64,000 nt of DNA from Octopus bimaculoides (Eukaryota): contig NC_068987.1 in assembly GCF_001194135.2 (NCBI RefSeq), positions 30,248,092 through 30,312,091 of the forward strand, in the 5' to 3' direction. How positions within the stretch are numbered: the stretch's first letter is position 1; the number at the start of each line of letters is the position of its first letter. This document shows, in pieces, positions 13,760 to 64,000 of this stretch. The position numbers were made by a program, and so were the translations under genes. The notes under the pieces are model-generated. The model did not search any database and had not been told where the DNA came from. It saw nothing but the letters and a program-made list of their open reading frames with translations.

Positions 13760-15045
13760 GTCACAGAAACGTGCATTTTTGCAGGATGGAGACATTCAAT
13801 GCAAGTTGGGAAATGGGTAGAAAGTGCACCAGTGAAAGTTGGACAAGAACCAGTTGAAGAAGTTACAAGCTCCACCTATCTGGGAAGCATAGTGACAAGC
13901 AACGGCAATGCAGAGACAGATGTAAGCTACAGAATTGGCAAGGCAGGAGTAGTATTTAGAAGACTGACAACACTTTGGTGTAGCAATAACATAACTATAG
14001 AGCTGAAGATTTGTCTGTATAAAACAGCAATACTGCCCATAGCGATCTATGCAGCTGAGACCTGGAAGATGACAGCAGAAATCGTCGCCCACCAACTCGA
14101 CATATTTCATCAGTGGTACCTCAGAAAGATCCCAAGAATCACTTATTGAGACTGACAAATGAAGCCATTTTCCAAGCAACAAGAATAAGGCCCCTGCATG
14201 CAGTTCTAACTGAATGACGAATGAGAATGGCTGGACACACACCCTACTACCAGAGAAGATACTCGCCAAATCAGCCATGGGCTGGATGCTATTGGAAGGT
14301 AAGCGAAAAGGAGGCTGACCAAGGAAGACATGGCGTAGTACCTTCAAAGACATGGCGTAGTACCTTCAAAGACATGGCGTAGTACCTTCAAAGACATGGC
14401 GTAGTACCTCCAAAGACATGGCGTAGTACCTCCAAAGGCATGGCGTAGTACCTCCAAAGGCATGGCGTAGTACCTCCAAAGGCATGGCGTAGTACCTCCG
14501 AAGGCATGGCGTAGTACCTCCGAAGGCATGGCGTAGTACCTCCGAAGGCATGGCGTAGTACCTCCGAAGGCATGGCGTAGTACCTCCGAAGNNNNNNNNN
14601 NNNNNNNNNNNNNNNNNNNNNNNNNNNNNNNNNNNNNNNNNNNNNNNNNNNNNNNNNNNNNNNNNNNNNNNNNNNNNNNNNNNNNNNNNNNNNNNNNNNN
14701 NNNNNNNNNNNNNNNNNNNNNNNNNNNNNNNNNNNNNNNNNNNNNNNNNNNNNNNNNNNNNNNNNNNNNNNNNNNNNNNNNNNNNNNNNNNNNNNNNNNN
14801 NNNNNNAAGGCATGGCGTAGTACCTCCGAAGGCATGGCGTAGTACCTCCGAAGGCATGGCGTAGTACCTCCGAAGGCATGGCGTAGTACCTCCGAAGGCA
14901 TGGCGTAGTACCTCCGAAGGCATGGCGTAGTACCTATGCAGACTGAATATCACCTAGGAAGAAGCATACTGGTTGGCCAGAGATGGAGATAATTGGTGAT
15001 CACTGACTGCCTGATGTGCTGCTCAAAGGCACCAACAGACCTAAA
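13760..15045 (+). mobile_element. RTE-clade LINE 3' fragment (end of RT and C-terminal region) interrupted by a minisatellite
   Basis: ORF 13799-14149 TYLGSIVTSNG...RIGKAGVVFRRL...LYKTAILPIAIYAAETW; later RMAGH, GKRK..PRKTWRST, and after the array CRLNIT*EEAYWLARDGDNW. Confidence 0.85.
14325..14935 (+). repeat. 22-bp minisatellite (AAGRCATGGCGTAGTACCTYCR), 12 units + N gap + 5.9 units
   Basis: Head-to-tail units read directly; gap 14592-14806. No spacers. Confidence 0.97.
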
Positions 15046-15756
15046 GAAGGAAAAATTCAACTATATTGACTCCAGTGATCAACTGATAATTTGTTGAATC
15101 CAAAAGGATGAAAGGCAAATGTGACCTTGGCAGAATTTAAACTCGGAACAAAGTTGGAAGAAATGCTGCTAAGCATTTTGTTCAGTGTGCTAATGATTCT
15201 GCCAGCTCACTGCCGTTGTTGTTATGTATAATAACTATTGTTGTAAAATAGCAAAGAAATTAATGTAACTGCATGTATGTTAATGATTTATTGTCCAAAA
15301 TTAGTCTCCTGTAATGCTGCTGAAATATAGATTGATGCCACCGAACAAAATTGTTTTCAGTCCAGTCCATCATCATCTTCATCATCCCCTGGTTTTTGAT
15401 GGATTAAGGCTGATAATTCCTTATTGATAATGCACTCGTAATCTATCAATATTATTTGATTTCTCTTATTGATACCTATTACCAGACATTTTTATACTTC
15501 ATTTTCATATACAGTGACTCTTTCAATGGAACTCTTCAACTTCTTTCAGGCCATGATATTAACAAGGTTATTGTTCAGGAATGCAGTTAATATAGCCTCC
15601 TCCTCTGTAAAAAATAAATAAATTGAATAAATAAGTAAATAAATTGCAAATGCTTCCAACTTTAAAGAAATTGGAATGTGTTACATATTTTGCGGAAAGA
15701 AAAATTTTTAGTTTCAGATCTATAAAAACCATCTCGTTTTTTTTTTTTTTTTTTTT

Positions 15757-15991
15757 NNNNNNNNNNNNNNNNNNNNNNNNNNNNNNNNNNNNNNNNNNNN
15801 NNNNNNNNNNNNNNNNNNNNNNNNNNNNNNNNNNNNNNNNNNNNNNNNNNNNNNNNNNNNNNNNNNNNNNNNNNNNNNNNNNNNNNNNNNNNNNNNNNNN
15901 NNNNNNNNNNNNNNNNNNNNNNNNNNNNNNNNNNNNNNNNNNNNNNNNNNNNNNNNNNNNNNNNNNNNNNNNNNNNNNNNNNNNNNNNNNN
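15757..15991. other. Assembly gap flanked by poly-T (other gaps: 13434-13490, 14592-14806, 43644-43659, 48541-48550)
   Basis: N runs. Confidence 0.99.
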
Positions 15992-16517
15992 NTTTTTTTT
16001 TTTTTTTTTTTTGCCAAAAGGAAAAAAATCTAATATGAAATGATTTTTATAGGAAAATTTATCACCAAAGTGAAATCTGAAAATCTGTAAATTTTATCTT
16101 CAATGGGACAAATGTAACAAAGCTATGAATTTATGTAGAAAACTGGAAGAAACCAAAGAGTCAAAGTTAGTTGCTATGTTAAAATCCAACTACTCTAGAA
16201 TACATCAAAACTTATCTTGAAAGATCAATGAAGGTTTATTTTTATATCTAACTTTCTGTACATTTAATCAATTATATGGCTTATAAGACTAGATGTGTTA
16301 CTAAGTGTCAACATTTTTAGTTTTAAATTCTTAACCTAACTACTGTTACATCAACACTGTTTACTTCCCTGGCACAGTTACTCGTATAACATCTACACCA
16401 GAATTGTTAAAACAACCATTATCTGTACTCTTAAACTTACTGAGGGACATCATTTTATGTCCCTTCAACCTTTTGAAAATAGCTAAATCTTCCTTGTATT
16501 AGTACTGACCATCTTAA

Positions 16518-16731
16518 CACTTTAGCATTTAAACTGGCTGTGTCTGACAAAAATTTCTATCAGTTTTATGTTCAAACTGGCCAGATCCAGCCTCTCACAT
16601 TTACCCTACAATGTCCTAAAAATATACAATTACACCATTGAAATCTTGAAGTTCTGTGAATACATGATTAGTTCAAAACAATTTGAATAAATAAGCATTA
16701 CATTAGACAGAATAATCTGAATGCTGAAAGG
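16518..16731. mobile_element. piggyBac-type MITE, family 2
   Basis: TTAA-CACTTTAGCATTTAAACTGGC ... AATGCTGAAAGG-TTAA; related copies at 32912-33126 (inverted) and 48110-48317. Confidence 0.75.
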
Positions 16732-17349
16732 TTAAAGGGCAAATGAGATAATGTCTGACTTTCCCCTTAAAAGATATGGTTACAGTTGGGACACTTTGAT
16801 AAAGGTCTGTTCAATTAGAGTTGACCAATGACACGACTTACAAACGAAGGTAGTCTGCTTCTATGTGGTTAATTTATTTGCTAGAAATAGAAACAAATCT
16901 CTTTAAAATCATGAATTAACATTTTAAAGAATACAATGAACAATGTAATCCCTGATATGCACTGATGGAATGGTCATAACTGGATTGCTTTTGACTAATA
17001 GTCTTATTTCATTAGAGTTGACATAGTGTTAAACTTCAACTTTTAGAGAACCTAAATTTTGAAATAAGTTACTGTCATTGAAGTGTAAGATGAAAGCCGG
17101 CTTGAGATGTCAGAATTCACCCCTCCTATAGAATTATTTTATAAGCATTTTAAACTTTTGTTTCTTTTTATTTCTTTTCTGGAGGAATCCATCCTTAATT
17201 TATTTAGATTCATGTTCTCACATAACTTACTCTCCCTCTTACTGCTGTTACATATGTCTGCCTGCCTGTCCTTTTTACAGACTTTCCTACATCTCTGGGT
17301 TGGGATTACTGGCCCCAGTTTCTGAGTGTTTATCTTTTGTTTGTTTCAC

Positions 17350-17476
17350 TCACAGGGCTGCAACCAAATTGACCTCAATACGTTTTTTTCTTAACCCGGT
17401 ACTTATTCTATTGTATCTTTTGCTGAATTAAGTTTTTGGGGATGTAAACAAACCAACAGAGGTTGTGAAGCAGTTG

Positions 17477-17526
<50 letters not shown>

Positions 17527-17650
17527 TGGGCTTTTCAGTTTGTCTACTTTGGTTGGCCTGGGGTTATAGTAGAAAATACATGCTCAAGGTACTGTGCAGT
17601 AGGATTGAACCCAAGGCAATATGGTTGGGAAGCAGACTTCTTAACCAATT
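17350..17650 (-). mobile_element. SINE family B with expanded (CA)n
   Basis: GGTACTTATTCTAT...(CA)n...GGATTGAACCC...GGTTGGGAAGCAGACTTCTTAACC. Confidence 0.75.
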
Positions 17651-19795
17651 GTGCTTGTTAGGTAAGTCTCTCTTGTAATAGAATGTAATAGAATATCTAT
17701 CTGTTTATCTATCACAAGGATAACTTTTCCTGTGGGGAACAATGAATTTGGTACTTGAACTAATGAAACTAACAAATCTCATGTCACATTTACAGAGCAG
17801 CTGTAAATGAGTTCATACTTATAATTGGGTGTACTTTGTCATTGGAGGCTAAGTGTCTTGATGACCTATTGTTTTGCTGTTGGTGCTCTGTCACCTTAAT
17901 CATCTATAATCTCTACATTAATATTGACTTAGAATTCGTTAGCTGAACAATTAACTGTTGATGATGATGATGGCCATAATTAGGGAGTGCAGCCACTTAA
18001 CCCTAGCTCTATTGTATGTAGTGTCACTGCATCATATATTAATTCTATGTACACTATTAATGGCATTTCAGATTTTTTAAAACTATTTCTGTTGTTCAAA
18101 GCAATAACATTTAGCCATAAAAACTATGAAAACCATTCAAAATATAATGGAAATGTGAACTTGCAAACCTCATTGTAGGCAGCCTGACTAAGAGAACAAT
18201 AACTCCAAATAGAACTCAATACAGAGTAGAGAATATTCTTTGGTTCTGAAGCAAAGAGCCTCTCAATTGCTAATGGCATGATGAATACACTTAATTCACC
18301 CCGAAATGTGTGAGACATGGAGAGATCCACCCAACCCATGCAAACACAAAAAGGTGGGGTGATATAAAAAATGTTAATTGTATGATATTTATATTGTTAG
18401 TATTTACTTCAGTTGTGTCTTTATCATTGTATCCCTGCAGAAGACTTGTTTAAATTTGCTTATTTCTAAGTAAAGTCTCTCTTGTATATAATGACTTCAG
18501 TTTGTCATAAGGAGCGAGGTTTTCTTCTTGTAATGGAAATCAATATGAAATGAAAAAGTCGACTAACGAAGAGAGATAGAATTGTGGATTAGGTACTCTC
18601 TGCTTGAGTAGGGTTGTGGTGTGAATGATAGCTGATCTTTGTGTCTACTAAAGGCTCTCCGTAATATCTTCCCTATTTATAAAAATGGATTGAAAAATAA
18701 TCTTATATCAATAATTTGAATCCAGGTGTAATTTAACCTTCTGATGTTATTTGTTATCTGGTTCAAGCTGAAGAAATACTGAAGTGTCCAAATAATCCCA
18801 GTAACCTGATATACTTCAGTAATAAATTATTAGACTGAGATGGACATAGATTTATAAGATTATAAACGAAATACTGAAATGTCAGGTAGTTAACCGAATA
18901 TATTTGCCTACTTCTGAATATAATATTTAAATCAGACTTACACTCTTGTTTTCTCTTGTTTGTAATATCTTCATCCCTTGGCCATTGGGTGTCTGCAGCA
19001 GAGTCCATTCTGTTGCTAGCATTTAAACCAATGAGCCTGTCTGAAAGTAACTTCATTCCTTTCTGTTCTCTTAGCTCAAATAATTTCTCTTCTAAGCAAT
19101 AGAAAAGATTACTGTTGTTTATTCCAGATTATTTTAAGACACTCTTGCATATACTATATGTTTGTAATGGTTTCGTATTCGGTCTTATGGTGTAGAATTC
19201 TGTGGTCCTTCTGTCATGCAGTTTAACTTTTACACAGTTAACTTAGATGTAGTTATGTGGTAAGTTTTTAAAATTCTTTATGAAATACTGAGTTCAAATC
19301 TACATCTGATGTTTTATATTGTGTATTTAATCTTGTATATCTCAGTTCACCACCTATTCAGAATTGGTGCCAGCAATCATTATTTTTCCCACTTGTGTCT
19401 AGGGTATATTTCTGAACTAGACCTGTACTGAACTTAAAACCTTTATTTCTAACAACTAGGTCTAATTTTGTAACCACTAGGTTATTCTGAAGGACAATAG
19501 TCTTGTACCTTTTAAAGTATTTAAACGTTCATTTCGTATTTCAATTTTTTTAAGAACTAGTTCTACATGCATACATTACTATCGTATTTCTTTCATCTCA
19601 AACACTTTATCTACTTTGACTTAGTATCCTATCCTGGGAGATGAATATCCTGAAACTAACTTAACATTGGACTTCATTAATACTTCATGACATGATAAGA
19701 AAAGGCTGCATATTGTAATGGTTTTTTTTTCTTTAAAGATATCACAAATGTCAATCACTAGTTACATAATACCTGTTTTTTTTTTCTTTTTCCAG

Positions 19796-62426
<42,631 letters not shown>

Positions 62427-63429
62427 GTAAGTTTTATTTCTTCGTATTTTGAATGTCTTCATCTAAATAATAATAAAATCACATGTTAATCTTGAAAATA
62501 TTTAATATTCAATTGCAGGCAGCTAGTGAAACTAAATGGAGTTGAAATGGAAATACATATTCATATATAATATTTAGGACAATTTTATTTCAGAGTTTTT
62601 TCTTCTATCCAATTTAAGTTAATGACTATTCATATTGAATCATAGTGATGGAAACTAATATCGTTCACCTTCCATCAAAGAATGTCATCTCCCCTATTAG
62701 CTTAGAGAAACTATCCCAACCTATATAAGTTAGTTACCAATTTATATAAGATAGTGACGGTAGCTGGTAAATAGTTATTGTTACTAATGGGTTCACATGT
62801 AACATTATTGTTTGATTTTGTTCCATTATTATCTAATTTAATTCCCTTGCCAATATGGCAGTGAATAACTGTGGATCTGATTCAAAAGTTTTGTGCATCT
62901 ATCACTAAGCTACCTTAGATCTAACTAAACTCCTTCATAAAACCTGTTTAAATTTTATTTTATTGTTGAAACGTACATACATTTGGTTTCTTTTTTGTTA
63001 TTAATGTATAGTTGTGATACACGTATGTGTGTGTGTGTGCTGGTATGACATTGTGGTTAAGAAGTTTGCTTCCCAACCATGTGATTCTGGGTTCCATCTT
63101 ACTTCATGGCTTCTTATGGAACTGTCTTCTATTATGGCCCTGGGCTGACTAAAGCCTAAGTAGTGGATTTGGCAGACAGAAACTGAAAGAAACCCTGTGT
63201 GTCTGTCTCCTCATCTTGAAATTGCATGACAGTTGTAAATGAATACCACTGTCATACAATCAGTGTCCTTTGTTTCTCATCTTTCATGAAAATATGTCCA
63301 GTCCTAGGAGAAATATTACCTTAATTGGGAACAAGTGAGGGTTGTAGAAAATATACCTCAATAAATACTATGTGATCTAAACAAACATGGAAAACTGGAC
63401 ATCAAAAATATATATATATTTATTATTTC

Positions 63430-63830
63430 CTGTAGTCTCAGCTTAGAGCTGCAGCCATGCTGATGCACCGCCATTTTGCTACACTGTTATTATGGGGAGC
63501 CTCCCCCAGTGTGTGGCACTTGGTGAAGAATGGAGTTTGATGTAGCTACCCTCATTTGCACTTCTTGCCGTGAGGTAGATTCATCTGGGTCTCCCGACAG
63601 GAAGAGGTCCAGCTTTGATTTTAAAAAGCCTACATCTACTTTGTGCAGGTTCCTCAGGCTCTTTGACAGAATATTAAAAAGCTGTAGGCCCCTGAGACCC
63701 AGGCTGTTGCAGTAACTGGATGCTGGCTTAGTTGGGTAGAGATGCTTATCTCCCCCTTGTAAACATAAGGACACAGGAAATGTGTCAAGGGTGACAGGAG
63801 GCAGTGCTGTTTCCTAGGGTTAAATAGAAG
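63430..63830 (-). mobile_element. CR1/L2-group LINE 3' end relic
   Basis: ORF 63490-63774 (-): YCNSLGLRGLQLFNILSKSLRNLHKVDVGFLKSKLDLFLSGDPDE...SNSILHQ, the typical CR1-group C-terminal G.RLFN.LP...FK.KLD.FL...PD pattern. Confidence 0.8.
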
Positions 63831-64000
63831 TATTATTCCCTTCATGGGACTGTCAAATTAGGTTGACAGCATACAACTACTTTATCGTATCACTACTGCA
63901 TAAATCTCTCAGAGATTTAGAAATGTATTATTTTTATTTTTGAAATCAGTGAATGTGTTTCACTAGAATAATTATGTTTACAAGGGCTAGATAGGCACCT

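Noticed and set aside
14325-14935. 22-bp repeat array as a CRISPR array, and the 163-195 aa ORFs over it
   Set aside because: Units are directly adjacent with no spacers, the unit derives from LINE coding sequence, and the context is eukaryotic. The ORFs are artefacts of the repeat and the N gap.
1-19795. KIF21 N-terminal and P-loop exons (GQTGxGKT)
   Set aside because: I found no matching coding segment with splice sites by eye; they are presumed to lie upstream of the window. A TBLASTN search with KIF21A residues 1-150 would settle this.

Overview
AT-rich, repeat-dense eukaryotic DNA. The repeat families and short-read-type N gaps point to a cephalopod, most likely Octopus; this is an inference. 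The whole window lies inside one + strand gene, a kinesin-4 family KIF21A/B-like motor. I traced 15 phase-compatible GT-AG coding exons from 19796 to 62426 (2083 nt, about 694 codons). They cover the motor domain from LYNEE through switch I/II and into the coiled-coil stalk. The P-loop exons were not found in the window and are presumably upstream; the C-terminal part lies downstream. The introns hold several tRNA-derived SINE families, RTE and CR1-like LINE relics, mariner, pogo and hAT relics, piggyBac-type MITEs, a 5S rRNA pseudogene, microsatellites and a 22-bp minisatellite. The most striking element is a 488-bp intronic insertion (55167-55654) flanked by a perfect 12-bp target-site duplication. 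It consists of a 353-nt unit carrying a minimal type I hammerhead ribozyme motif, a 50-nt terminal redundancy and an 86-bp fold-back inversion. This is the footprint expected from a retrozyme or Penelope-associated ribozyme RNA that was reverse-transcribed from a circular or multimeric template. Repeat boundaries are approximate unless termini or TSDs are quoted, and all family assignments rest on motif recognition rather than database searches.
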